Position numbers and translations under genes: made by a program. 64,000 nucleotides of DNA from Felis catus. Its lineage: Eukaryota. Below are positions 12,548-26,342 of the stretch, one piece after another; the first letter of the stretch is position 1; the number at the start of each line of letters is the position of its first letter. The notes below the pieces were generated by a model. That model made no database searches, was not told where the DNA came from, and was given only the letters and a program-made list of their open reading frames with translations. Location: assembly GCF_018350175.1 (NCBI RefSeq), contig NC_058371.1, positions 121,458,001 through 121,522,000 on the forward strand, in the 5' to 3' direction.

Positions 12548-13284
12548 AACTACACTTTTAGCTCCACCACGCTAAGTCTTAAGTAAAACAAATCCCGTAC
12601 ATTTGTTTGTTCTCCATGCACAGACACAAAGAAGCAACGTGAGAAAGGTAGTGGTGGGCAGTGGGGAAGCACATGGACAGGTCCAGCAGCGATGTAATAT
12701 TAGGGACTGGAATTCTCTTCAGCAGATGGTTCTTAATAGATGACTTCCCCATGATGATGAGAGCTTGCAAACAATTGTGCCAGCATACCAAAAAGATGAG
12801 TGCTCCAGAAAAAAGAAACGCATAGCTTCTGGCTCCTTGGTGTGTGCCAACGTTACAGAACGGATCTACGTAAAAACAAAAACATCCCATTAAAGTCATT
12901 AACAGCTAACTTGTTTAAAATTGTTGAAAAAAATAGAAGGAAAAGAGACTGAATTTTTTTTTTTTAATTTTTAATTGCTAATTTTGGTGTCACGTAAACT
13001 TAGTTTCAAAACCGATCGAACCCTCACTGCCACTTCTGGGCATACAAAAATGCATTGACGTGTCCTACAACCATCAAAGATCCCATTGGCGTTTGATGTT
13101 ACACAGCGATCTTGTCTGACTAAAGCACTGTAAGCACAGATCCAGGTGCTCTCAGATTCAAATTCCCGTTCTGTGATGCATGTTAAACCGTTCACCAGAA
13201 ACCACAGTCCCTTTATTTATAATAGGGATTTATTTAATATTGACTTTGTATTTCTATATTATTTTTTATTATCCACACTTTTGT

Positions 13285-13527
13285 TTTATTTTTTTAATTT
13301 TTTTTAATGTTTATTTATTTTTGAGAGAGAGAGGGAGAGGGAGAGAGAGAGAGAGAGAGAGAACAAGTGGGGGAGGGCAGAGAGAGAAGGAGACACAGAA
13401 TCCAAAGCAGGCTCCAGGCTCCGAGCTGTCAGCACAGAGTCCGATACGGGACTGGAACCCACAGACTGAGAGATCATGACCTGAGCCTAAGTCAGACGCT
13501 TAACCAACTGAGCCACCCAGATGCCCC
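13285..13527 (-). mobile_element. Can-SINE
   Basis: TSD TCCACACTTTTGT; (GA)n body. Confidence 0.94.
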
Positions 13528-15806
13528 TCCACACTTTTGTGCCCCCCAGCTGCCCCCCAAAAGTGTGATCAGCTGAAGCAGAAATGCACTCATGCTTTAA
13601 GGCTCACAAATAACCCATATCTGGAGACAAAAGATAGAAAACCATCTATGTTTTCTATACACACAATGTAAAATTAACACTTCTGATTTTAAACATCTCT
13701 TATAAAAATATCCTTAGCAAAAGAAATATATACACTTTATTTTTCTTATGCTTACACACCCCGTCTACGATAGGCATCAAAAACAAGAAAAATGTATAAA
13801 CACACACACATGCGCACACACACACACCTACATTTATGGTCAATTATATTGCAGAATATATGCATCAACACCTAAAGTCAAAGAACCTCCTCTTTACCCT
13901 GAAAATATGTATCTAAACTTTGGTTTTCAGTGAAACTATTTGTTCCACGATTGTGTGTCCTCCAGGATCCACCTGAGTTTATCCCTCAATCTTCAATCTT
14001 AGTCTACCCAACACGTTTGGCCAAAAAATGCCTGTTCCACCTTTCCTCATGCAAGTAATAAGTATCTGCTTCCGTCGAGCACTGCTTGAAGCTTTGCTTC
14101 TGGAAGCAGAGCCTTGCAGCTCTCCTTTTATCTAACTCATCCTGGGGATAACCCCCTAGGAAGGGCCTGGATGGCTTGAGTGAGCTATGGAAAACTAAAA
14201 TCCTATGCTCTGTTAACTGAGTGTAGCTTCAACCTTATTGTTGGAAGTGAGCCTTACCCGACATTTGATATTAATCATCGACACTAGAGAAATAGCTCAG
14301 GGAGAAGAATTGTCATCTGTGGCCAACCAAGTCTCACTGGACACAACCCACTGCTCAGTGTTACTTTAACTTGTTGTGCTGAGATGTCACAGCTGTCAGC
14401 CAGCTCACACATCTTTCCAAAGACTTGCTAGGTCTAGTGTTCTCCCTGTCCATAAATGCAACATATGTTAGCAACATTCATTGACAGATTTCAGCAGTCT
14501 TTTTTCCCTCGTCGAGCTGTTAGTTTAGTTGTCAAACACAAGAATCTCTCTTTAGTCTTTAAAGAATTCAGAGCCACAATCAGAGCTAGGGGGAAATAGC
14601 AAAGGAGACTGACAGCATGCCCATCAAGATTTTCCAGCAGCTGCTGAGCTGTTTACATACACTGCCTGCCCTCCCTCCGTCTTTCCAGCCAGTGGAATAC
14701 TGAAGAAATGTACCTGGACTTTATAGATAGAGACAACTGAAAGACACCGATACAGATGAATTAGAGGTCAAATGAAAGTTAATTTTAAGTTGTCTAGTTA
14801 ATTGGGGTTAGTCATTTTTTATCGTTCATACATAGCCTCTTCAGGGACCCCCCACGTTATGTCTGGGCTCTGCCCAAGAGGCCAGAAAGGTTGGGTGGTG
14901 AGCAGAGGCTCCATAAAGCACAAGGACCATGGAGCCGGAGGCATTCCCAAAAGGCCTTCGTCAAATTACTAAAGACATGTAGGAAAAATGCAAGCAATAG
15001 TAAATAAAACTATGCTGATGGGAAGGCATAAAAGAGGAAAGTTGGAGAGGTTAGTATTCTAGAAAATGGTGAGAATGGAGTGAGAAATTTGGGGCAGGGC
15101 AAGGCTGTCAAGCATTTAAAGCCAAGCGTGCTGGACCTGAAGCTGAGTATTCTTCTTAAGTGGTTCCTGAGGCATCTTTTTGAAACAATATCTTCAAACA
15201 ACTTAGATATATATGGTGTTCGAAACGAATTCCAGCTTTTCAGGACTCCAGCAGGAATATATCCAAGAAGGACAATTTTTATTTTACATAGAAGATTGTA
15301 AGGTCCTTGCTAAAGAAGCATTTCTCTATGAGAAAATGAGGTCATGCTTGGGGTCTGGTGAAGCCAAGGTCTGTCATGCATCCAGAGCAGTCCTGAGCTC
15401 TGTCAAACTTGACCCTCAGGCTTTGCTCCAGGCTTCCCACTGCAGTTGCATCGATTCTTACTCTTTTCTGAAAACGTCACTGATCTTGAACATGGCCATA
15501 TGAGATCCCACCTGTGGGATCAAGAACAGGAGAAAGATTTAAAACTTTTCTCTCCAACTCAAGCAAGCCAGAAATGCTGACTTCATTAGGAATATCAGCT
15601 CACGTCCTGGCATATGGCAGATTTATTCACAAAGTAAAAAACTGGGAGTTTTTAAATATTCTTTTCATTAAAATTTAAGTTAAAAGAAGATGAGTTTAGT
15701 GAAAAACAATTGTTTATATAAGCTACCATTTTATTTTATTTACTTGGCAGGTAAAACCAAGGGATGAAAATCTTGACTCACCATCATTTTAAAGAAAACC
15801 GTCCTT

Positions 15807-16025
15807 GGGGCGCCTGGGCGGCTCAGTCAGTTAAGTGGCCGACTTCGGTTCAGGTCGTGATCTCGCGGTCCGTGAGTTCGAGCCCCACGTCGGGCTCTGT
15901 GCTGACAGCTCGGAGCCTGGAGCCTGTTTCAGATTCTGTGTCTCCCTCTCTCTGACCCTCCCCTGTTCATGCTCTGTCTCTCCCTGTCTCAAAAATAAAT
16001 AAAACGTTAAAAAAAAATTTTTTTT
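15807..16025 (+). mobile_element. SINEC_Fc2-type SINE
   Basis: Perfect TSD AAAGAAAACCGTCCTT. Confidence 0.96.
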
Positions 16026-16449
16026 AAAGAAAACCGTCCTTGATCCCTGTAGCTGACAAAAAATTGGACATGAATTACATTATGCTAGGTCCTTCGAGGA
16101 GTGTAGTAACTTAATAAATCTTTGTGGGAGCCCTTGCCTCATGTTCTTTGTATAGAATTTTGTACCCTCATCTACTATTAACACCTACCTGAAATAGAAG
16201 GAGTAAAGTTGATCTCTGGGTGAATGATTGCGTTGGTCCAAATTCCCTAGGATCCTGTATCTGGCCACTCCCCGAGGCCACATGCCCTGAGCCTGTTCAT
16301 ATCTGGCAGGCTAATCGAGTATGTTTCCTTCTCGCAGGGCATTGCTGCAAACCCTCAAGGACAGCATGCCCATTGCGATTTCACCCTTACCTCTAAAATG
16401 TATCTATCATGGGAGTATGAAAGGTAGCATGACTGATGGTGATTAAGAG

Positions 16450-16680
16450 GCCACATGGCTTGATGGAAAAAGAACAGGACTTGGAATCAGAAGGCAAGTG
16501 TTCTTGTTCCAGTTCTAACCCTTATTAGCGACATGACGTCAGGCAAATCTCTTCAAATCCTTGTCCTCAGTCTCTGATTTGTAAATGTGGGGAAGGATAA
16601 CGTTCCATGCCAGATTGTTTTTAAATAAAGTAATATGTGAAAGCACTTTGTAAATAATGAAACAATATACACAGGTAAGA
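16450..16680 (+). mobile_element. MIR remnant
   Basis: ttggaatcagaag...cagtctctgatttgtaaatg...tgtgaaagcactttgtaaa. Confidence 0.65.
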
Positions 16681-18872
16681 AATTAAGTGTAATTAGTGTT
16701 CAAAACTTAATATTTTGTGATCACAGAATGTCAACTAATGAGCTTACTCCCATAGAGTTACATGAACTTCTTTTCCAAAAGAGGTCAATTAAACAAAGAC
16801 CCTGGTTTCCTTGGTCAAAGTGCTTGAGCAGAATGTTTATTCTTTCGGCATGGTTGTAATTGTCTTGAAACTCCAGCATACGCTTGAGCCAAGTAATACT
16901 GTCAAGACTTTGCATCTACATTGATTTATCCATATTCACATGCTTCTCATGGCCTAGCTAGAAGAATGAATAATGAGAAAAATAAATGTTGCTCCCTTGA
17001 CAATTTCTGGTTTCAGAAGCCTCTTTCAGCCACATTTCATCGTGAGCAATGAATCTCAGGAAAAGAAACTTCACCTCAACCTTCCCTCGGAAAACAGATG
17101 GGGAAAATTGATAGTAAGTCTAAATATTACCTTGGCTGAAGCTTATGTGGGAAGACTCCCAGGTAAGGAGTCAGAAAACCAATGCTCTGGACCCAGCTAT
17201 GGTGGAAACGCATGTTACATCAACTTGACATCTAACCTTTATGGAATCTGCTTCTCCATCTACTAAATGGAGGAAAGAGGGAATTGGAATTCAATTGTTC
17301 TCAACTTTTTTGCGTGTCATGGTTCTCTTTAAATATGAAAAACCACAGCCACCATACGAGGAGCTATTAACATTGTCTCCACCTTATTATTAGGTCACTG
17401 AAGCTTAGTCTATGTAAGTAACACAAAATAAAATTTGCATGCCCGTTCAGGGAGTTCAAGGACCCACACAGATGATCTATAGAAGACTTCAGGCGAAGAG
17501 TCTCAGAATTAGAGCATATAATATTTCTGTCTGTGCTTTACTTTTCTAAAAGTGTGAGTACATACTCTATTTTGGTCACACACAAAAGCATGGTCTGGTA
17601 AGGCCCATTTCCTTCTAATAGTATATGCCAGTGGGTATGTAACACTACTACCCAGTGAGATAACAACACACCATCATCTTTTCAAGTAAAGCCAATATCT
17701 CTAAGTAATAAAAATGAATTCACTTTGTCCTGGTAGGACCCAGAGAAGCTATTGTCAGTAGGCCCTGAATTTGCCCTTAGGCCACTCTCTTCCTAAATGC
17801 AAACTAGATTGGATAGTATTGTCAGGGGCCAGAGATTCTTACCATTTGAGTTCTCTGCTGTAGATAGAGAATACAACTTTTTCAAATACAAATCAAGATC
17901 AATCAAACATTAGACTGGAATAAACACGTTTTCAGACATCCAACTTCTCCAAAGAGGTTGCTTCCCTGAACCTCTTTTTTTTTTTTAAGGAGATTGTTAG
18001 AGTTTGTGTCCCATCAAAACAAAGAATTAAATCCAAAAGATCAAGACATGAAATGCAATCTAGCAATAACACTAGAGTACATCTCTTTGAATGACAGCAG
18101 AGTCCCAGGACTGTAGCTTAGGAGGAAGGAAAGGTGTGTAGAAATGGACTGAAAGTTAGTTTACAGAGCTGTTAGAGGATATAGGAAACCTTAACCGGAA
18201 ACTTGAAGAAAGATGAGCAAAGGCAAAAAAAAAAAAAAAAAAAAAAAGAGCCAATAAATTCACAACAAATATTAAAGTTTGCACCAGAAGTACCCTTAGC
18301 ATGAATATTTACAAGGACAAAATAATGAAAACCCCGATAATGGACTTTACCATAATGCTATTTTACAAGTTTTCAGAAAGAACAAATATGTCTGTGTATG
18401 AAGGGTATAAGAAAGCAAAATCTTTATCTTCTACAGTCAACAAGTAGCATCTAAAACATAAAATCGGATAAAGTAGTAGAGTAGTAGCAGAAACGTGCTA
18501 TTAGAAATTACAGGTAATTGCTGGAAGGAAGAGCTGAAAGAGTTGAAAATGATCACCTCTTGGGAGTGGGAAATGAGATGGTGAGAAGATAAAGCAAACC
18601 CTGTAATATCATTTGACTCTTAAAGTTGTGTACAATAAATACTTTGATGAAAATAAAAAGTAAACATTGACAGAATAATAAAGGAGACTATGAAATAGAC
18701 AAGTCATATGCACCCCACTCTGGGAGGAGTTACGCTGCCTCTGCTCCTCCCTTCAGATTCTGAGGACATTCCACCTCTACCAGAGATCATCATTGCGTAA
18801 CCCTTTTCATGACCCCATGGAACATTCCAGACAGTTTTGGAACTAAAAGTGCTTCAGGGTCTCTGATTATTT

Positions 18873-19083
18873 TTTTTTAATTTTTTTTTTTTATTTTTGG
18901 GACAGAGAGAGACAGAGCATGAACAGGGGAGGGGCATAGAGAGAGGGAGACACAGAATCGGAAGCAGATTCCAGGCTCTGAGCCATCAGCCCAGAGCCCG
19001 ACGCGGGGCTCGAACTCATGGACCGCGAGATCGTGACCTGGCTGAAGCCAGACGCTTAACCGACTGCGCCACCCAGGCGCCCC
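18873..19083 (-). mobile_element. SINEC_Fc
   Basis: TSD CAGGGTCTCTGATTATTT. Confidence 0.95.
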
Positions 19084-20384
19084 AGGGTCTCTGATTATTT
19101 GTCTTGAGCTATGATTAAGAAGTAGCATGGGAGGAAAAAAAAAAAAAAAGGAAAAAGAAGTAACATGGAAGTTTTTGGGGAAACGATACCATTGTTGTGT
19201 TTCAAGTAATTGTTTTGAATACTCTTGAGTAAAGATCAGTTGCGGGAAGCCCAGCTTTTGTCTTCTCAGGTTCAACATGGTCAGTGCTTTCAAAAGCCAT
19301 CATTCATTACACTGCTATGTTGCCTGCTAAGCAGTTTGAACAACTTCTGAGTTTATGCGCTCTAAACTAAAAGCAAAATGGCATACAAATTAGGAAATAC
19401 TCAAGGCTTGGATGTATTCTTCTCACCTTTGCCAGTGTGATGGGTTATTTCCACCTCAGAAAGGATAATGAAGAGCAAGCATTCAGAGTGGGTCTCTTCG
19501 AGGAAACACAGTTTTTGTCCGCTCTGCCCATCTAGCAGCTACAAAATTACGAGACTTGGGCGTGTAATCAATGAAACCAGACTAACAGACTTTCTTCTAG
19601 AAGGAATCGTTCAGCTTTCTCCAACCACAGACAACAACCACGGTGGCAAACATCCCCTAAGTTCACTAAGAACACTCAGGAAACTGAAGAAGACAGTGCA
19701 TATAGTTTACTCTCATTATTACCAGGAAAACAACTCTAAGTACAAGTCCTATTAAAATGCATGAGTTTTCAGATCAATGTTCTCTAGCCCACAAAGTGTG
19801 TTTAGACACATATTTCACTGTTGAAAGGCATTTTTAAAGATACCCCACCACACATCTAATGTACATTTCCAACTCTCTGACAATTAGGCAACACATCTAG
19901 AGACAGGAATCTCATTTTTCCAAAAGGAACCCTATTCTGTACACATCTGAGAGTTAGCAAAATCTTTCTTTGATCTATGTCTCAGTGACAAGAATCCTTT
20001 TATTTCCTGTGGAGTCATTAAAAAAAAAATCTAACCTCTCTTCCACATTACAGCCCTTTAAATGCTTGATGACAGCTTCTATTCCCTCTGCAAGTTTCCT
20101 TTTCTCTCCACTCTTCCCTGACATGCCCCTTAACAGTTTTTCAGCGTTTTCTCATATGTCCTGATTCCTCTCGTTGGGCAGGATGCAGTGAGGGGTAATG
20201 CCCCTTTGAGCAAGAGTATCAAAGTCAGAAAAACCAGGGTTTTAATCTTATCTCCAACCTTGATGTATGACTTTCATCAAGCAAAGTCTCTGAGCTTGTC
20301 TCCTAATCTATAAAAAATGGCAATAACAATACTTATCTCTTAATGATATAATATGGGTAAAGACTGATGGTGAAGAAAATGCTA

Positions 20385-20579
20385 GAGGCGCCTGGGTGGC
20401 TCAGTCAGTTAAGCGTCCAACTTCAGCTCAGGTCATGGTCTCATGGTTCATGAGTTCGAGCCTCACATCGGGCTCCGTGTCGACAGCTTGGAGCCTGGAG
20501 TCTGCTTCGGATTCTGTGTGTGTGTCTGTCTCTGTCTCTCTCTCAAATAAATAACATTAAAAGAAAGAACATTTTTTTA
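20385..20579 (+). mobile_element. Can-SINE
   Basis: TSD AAGAAAATGCTA; sits next to a MIR-like remnant (~20190-20340). Confidence 0.92.
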
Positions 20580-22574
20580 AAGAAAATGCTACATTGATGC
20601 TGTGATAGCCCAGCATGAATGTGTGGTGTTTTGTCTATTCCCTGTAAAGGATGCGCTCAAGTCTCAAAATACTATTCTGAGCACGATGTGACCACCGCTG
20701 AGCAGTATCATAATCTTAGACCACTGGGCAGAGCTTTCATGATTGGCATGTCTCTGTCACTCATTTACTGACCCCTCCGTCTTACAGAAGATATTAATTT
20801 CTACTAAGACAATGGAACCACATCGTCCTCTGCAACTATCCTGCTCTGACACTGGGCAAAAATACAAATAAAGGAAACACTGAAATTTACTTTTAATTCC
20901 AAAGGGTCTCTCTTTATAGCCCAAAAGAGAAGATGACAGTCTCCCTGTCATAAAAGTAGAAGGAAAAAGGAATAATGAAAACTGTCAGACTCTCTTCTCT
21001 GGTCCATTTCCAGCAATTTAGAACACATTATATGCCAAAACAACCCTGAAAATAAGAATGTGGATTTCCAAGATGGAGGACTTACCGATTACACAGCAAT
21101 GTGGACAAAAACTGGACTCTACATTCATTTGATGTCAGTATTCAGATGTCAGAAGAAATCCGTTAAAGGAAGAACTCCTGCCAATCTTTGGAAAAATAAC
21201 CAATTTGAATTGAATTCAGTTTAATTTTTTTTAAAAAGTGTCCGTAATAGCAGGTGACCAACAACCAAATGAATGAACGTGTCCACAGGTTGTTTTTTGC
21301 ATTCTTTGGGTGTAACCTCTCAGGGGAGAGAAATTCACAAGGTATCTGAGTTGGTGGAATAAGAAACCACAGTAAAAGACAGCAAGGCTGAAAGCATGAC
21401 TATTTGATTAAGCCAGATATTAGCATTACATAAATTATGTGAAATGAATGCATTGTGTTTTTTAACGTAGAATGGAGACCACTGAATTTTAAATATAATA
21501 GTTTTTGTTTGTTTTGAGGGGATGGGGGAGAAAAATTAGAAAACAGAGAGGCAGAAAGAACATGAAAATCTCCCAGAATTCTACCACCAGAGATAATCAC
21601 TATTTAAAAAATTCTAAGTACATAAGGCATCTTTTACAACATTTTCAAAAGGGGTATTTTGAAAAATTGTGTTTCATAAGGCTAGCCTATTTCCAACCAT
21701 CACTGACAAAGTTCAGAAATAGCAGAATGTTATTTCTGGAATCTGGTAGCCAGAACACTAAACATGCATTCTTATACCTTTCTATTTAATTTCTCCTAAT
21801 AACTGCATCATGCCAATCATCCAGAAAAAAAGGAGGAGGGGGGCGGGGAAGAAGAGGAGAAAAAGACATTTTTTTCTAGGTGTTTCCAGACACAACTATA
21901 GTAAGTATGCTTTATAGAAATCAGGCAAACCATTTTAGCCCGTGCTTTGTGTTTACACAGAAGCATCGTAATGTCAACCCGAGAGTAAAATTCTAATTAC
22001 TGAGTAGTGTGTGGGTTCTGGAGAAAGAGAAAAGGGATGTGTCCAATGAAACCAGTTTGTTGCAAAGGAAGCTCCCTGGTAAACAAAATTTTTACATGAT
22101 GAAAGCAAAGATGTACACTCAATGAAAAATACAATTAAAACGTAATAGAACTAAAGCAATGCCGGAAAAGCTAAACTTTCAGAGTCAAAAGAGGTAAATG
22201 TAATAAAAGATACCTTTTAAGTTACATTTAAACCAAGTAGAACTGGAAAGGTAAAATATCCCTGATTGTAGAAGGTGGTGTTAACAGATGTTTAAATAAA
22301 GATAGAAGTCTTTCTTTGGCACTCATCTTCCCCAAGAAAAGAGAGTGCGGTCTTTATATTAGAAAGCATAAATGATCATTCACATTCTCTCCAACTCAAA
22401 CAGGAGGGATTCTAAGGATGTTTCACTTTTCAGCAGATTGCTGGCGTTTGGGGTAAATACCACCAGACGTGTGATTTCAAATCCAAAAAAAACTTCCTGG
22501 AAGTTTTGTAACTAAGAGGCAACTTTTCACAGAATGGTGTATTTGACATCAAAAGATGGAAAACATTATATTAG

Positions 22575-23029
22575 TGTTAACTTTAAACAGTGCAAAGAGC
22601 AATTTTATTTAAGTAGAAAAACAATGTTATTCAGGAAGAGCAGAGGGATTGCAATTTGGGACAAGCAAGCTATGGCAAACCATAGACACGTCTGAAGAGA
22701 CAAAGGGAAGGGCAGCTTTTATTAAGTTTCGGGGGAAATTGGGGAGGGCTGTTCTGAGCAAAAGTTGATTGGAGAACAAGTTTGAGGTTGTGGCAGTTCC
22801 TCATTGGCTGCCAGCTGTGGTTCGTGCTTTGTTGCTGGGGCAGGCAGGGATCTTCCTTTTCTTAAAAGCAGGAGATAAAACTCGTATGTGATAAATGTTC
22901 TCCCTTACCAAAATAATTCCCACCTTCCTTCTTTCTGCTGGTTACTCAGGCTGCAGCGAGTAGTATGTGCCTGAGAGCGCCCCCTTCAGGGCTTCCAACT
23001 CCATTTTAAATAGTTTTCCTTTATTTCCA
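22575..23029 (-). mobile_element. ERV1-class solo LTR-like element
   Basis: Minus strand opens ...aaataaaggaaaactatttaaaatggagttggaagccc, carries two CCAAT motifs and ends ...TTAACA; family unassigned. Confidence 0.55.
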
Positions 23030-23842
23030 AATTAGAAGTATGGATATGTGTACCCATAATATGACAAATGTAGGCAAAGAATTACATTGCAACCTACAAC
23101 TGAAAATAATACCTTATATCAGAAGGCCAATATTAAGGAGTATAACCTTGAGCATTTCAACAGCAGTCATTTTTGTTTTTTAAGTATCTACAATCACAGA
23201 TTGCTTAAACAGGTATCATTGACTTCATTTCACAACATTCGCTTCAGAGTAAAGAAAATTCAGATCATGTTCCGAGTTACATTCCAAAGGATGAGCCAAA
23301 CTTCTTCTTCACTCAAAAAAAAACAACGATTTTCCATATTGGCCAACGTGCCATGATCACTGCCCTACAGTTTCCTTAGCATTCAATGATGAGCAAGCAT
23401 TAAATTTCTGAACAATACCAGGGTAAGTATCAAGATCATTTAATTAATATCAAGGGGAAACGACTCAATGTTTTAACAGAGTAATAACTTACTCTCTAAC
23501 TCTTACTCTATAATTTACTCTGTTATATTTGTGCATCACAAAATTGCTTTTAAATCGATTATTTCTTACTCGATTCTCAGACCTGTAATTGTAATATGGC
23601 ATCCACATTCTTTTCTCATCAATCATGTAAAAATCACCAAAAAAAACCCACAACTTTTAAATAAGTAAATTAAAAATAAGTAATTAAAAATAAGTAATTA
23701 ATTAAATAAGTAATTAAATATATGGTATATATCTGTCTCTGTATATATATATATATATACACACTGCAGTTTTTTGCCATTTTGTTTGTTTTGGTTTGTT
23801 TGCTTGTTTATTTATTTATTTGTTTCTTTATTAGGCGGAGGC

Positions 23843-24305
23843 TGTTAGGTCACAGGGTTTTTTCAAAGAAATGTGCTTTTACCTTGAAAGGCTAGAAGGC
23901 TGTGCAGGAGCCCAACCCAAGTGAAACTTACACTGGCCACAAACATCAGCTGCCTATGACGGCAGGGAAGGAGCATCAGGTCAACAAGATACATCTAGAC
24001 CCTGAATCTCCCCCACCCCCACAAGGCCACATAAATCACACCCCTGCTCCAAGCACCTTAAGAAACAAAGCAAGGAGAGAGAGAGAGGCTACTGGACAAC
24101 TGGACATCCTTATCCCAGGAAGACAAACTATTTTCCAAAGGCACTGCTTAAATTACTATATCTGATTAAGCCTTTAACCACAGGGGCCCTTTAGATTTTT
24201 ATTTGCTAACTAGTAAATAGAGATTTTGGAGGGAGTTCAATCAGTTAGGGAGGCAATAAAGAAATGGTGTTTTTGTTGTATGTTCTAATTGTAAGATGTG
24301 TAACA
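23843..24305 (+). mobile_element. Solo LTR-like element (ERVL-type?)
   Basis: Inverted termini TGTTA...TAACA, ~460 bp, AATAAA at 24255-24260; no clear TSD. Confidence 0.4.
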
Positions 24306-26119
24306 CTTACAAATCTGCTACTCCTGGTTCTGCCCACTCCCAAAAATTCTGATTCAAGCTGTCAGCAGGTGCCATCCCGACAGTGGATCTTCATACTAAG
24401 ATTTTCTGGATACATCCTAAGAACTGCTGAAAAAGAGTGAATCCATACCCTGCCAAAGGAACCACAGAGTTCACATAGGTATGAACCTATATAAATGTCC
24501 CAAAGATGCAACTTTAGACTGCCACACTTCATTCTCTCCTCCAAAGAAGCAGGGAAAACACTTAGTTCCGGCTCTTGGCCTCGTCACCATTCTGGTCGAG
24601 TCTTGCTTCGTCCTCCTGTTGCCTGGGCGTCTCCTCTGCATGTACCAAGTTTTCTTGCTTCATGTCCTAAGTGTTGCTTTCTTTTATCAGGGCCCTTTCT
24701 CACTGTCTCTGCTAACATACCTTCCACTGAAATGTATCTTAAACATTCCCTACACATTTTCCCCTGGATTTATGCTTACAATTACATTTTTGACAGTAGT
24801 AGTTTTTGCATTTATTACTTGCTGCTTTGGGTGAGTTGCTCAGTTATTTACTATTTCTCATTACTCTTCCTCTCCTAAACTTTTATAGTTACATGAGTGG
24901 ATTGCCTTTGGTTAGTTAAATTAGAGTTTAGAACTTTACAAAGTTATACTTCATGAGATCATGGGAAAATTTTGCTTGGAGACATTTTACAGTCTAATAA
25001 TTAAGATTTGTATTCCTCTGTGAAATCAAGTGATAATATCTCTCAAATGCAGTCAAAATTTCATTTAAAAAAAGGAGCACTGTCTTTTCTGTTCTTATAT
25101 AAGCATATATCTTCAATACCAAGAATTAAATGAAGAAAATAAATATTTCACTTCCACGAGATGGACACTGAAACCAATAAACAATTCATTATAGAGATCA
25201 AACTCATCTGTGTTTTCTTGTCTCATGACCTGGATGGGACTTCCTTTAATCAGGGCCCATAACGGCAAGCCTCTGCTGGCTGGACCTAGACGCAGGAGAG
25301 AAAGAGCCCAGACCTTCCACTCCCCTGCAGTGTCTGCTCCTGCGGGATCCGAGGTGAAAGAAAGAGACACGGACAGAAAGGATGCAATTTGCCCTCATGA
25401 GTGCGTGTTCCCAAAGATACTATTTTCATGTGCTCAAAAAAAAAAAAATTGACCTCTTATTTTGTACAAGGTACTGGCCTGTGTACTCTAGAGTTTTCAC
25501 CTTCCAGGGGTTCCCAGGCTAGTAGGGGAGATAGGATGTGCAGAAATTATCCTAGTAATAAGGAAGAGGAACAGTACCAACAATAATGCCAGAGAAGTTC
25601 AGAGGAACAAAGAGGCTCCCAGCGAGGTGTTTGAGAAAGGATTCGCATGGAAGATGGCTTTGAAGTTTAGCCCTGAAGGACGGGTATAATTTCCCAAAGT
25701 AGACATGAGGATTGTGACTTTTACAGGTGGAGAGTGAAATAAAAATATATACCGAGAAGACACTAAATCTGTCCGCAGCACAGAAGTTACCAAAACATCA
25801 GAAGTAGGAACAGGAGAGCAGTGGGAAGTGTGGCGACACAGCGAAGGAAGAGAGAGTGCTAGAGAAGAGGAGGAAAGGAAGGCGATTGTTGGTCTTCTGA
25901 CTCAGCCCTGCTCGGGACTCCCAAGGTGCTGTCACCTTTTGAAAATGTCAGAACCGTTTTCAAAAACAGCCCAACTACGGAGGATAGGTTTGCTCAGCAA
26001 ACAACATAGTAGGCTATTTAAGAACATAATCCCCCAGAACAGGAAAAACTGACTGTGTCAGGGAGCACTGCTTTTCTGCTTTTTTAGGTGGAGCTGGCTG
26101 ATTGAAGAATCTGTGCCTT

Positions 26120-26246
26120 GGGGCGCCTGGGTGGCTCAGCTGGTTACGCAGCAGACTTCAGTTCAGGTCATGATTTCACAGTTCCTGGGTTCAGGCCCCA
26201 CGTAGGGCTCTGTGCTGACAGCTCAGAGCCTGGAGCCTGCTTCAGA

Positions 26247-26281
<35 letters not shown>

Positions 26282-26342
26282 TGCCCCTCCCCTGCTCATT
26301 CGGTCTCTCAAAAAAATGAATAAATGTTAAAAAAAAATTAAA
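26120..26342 (+). mobile_element. SINEC_Fc2-type SINE with internal (GT)n expansion
   Basis: Outer TSD AAGAATCTGTGCCT (26105-26118/26580-26593) encloses this SINE and the next. Confidence 0.94.

Noticed and set aside
12600-12900. Purine-rich, exon-looking stretch after an acceptor-like ttctccatgcacAG
   Set aside because: All three + frames stop within ~40 codons and I recognise no homologue.
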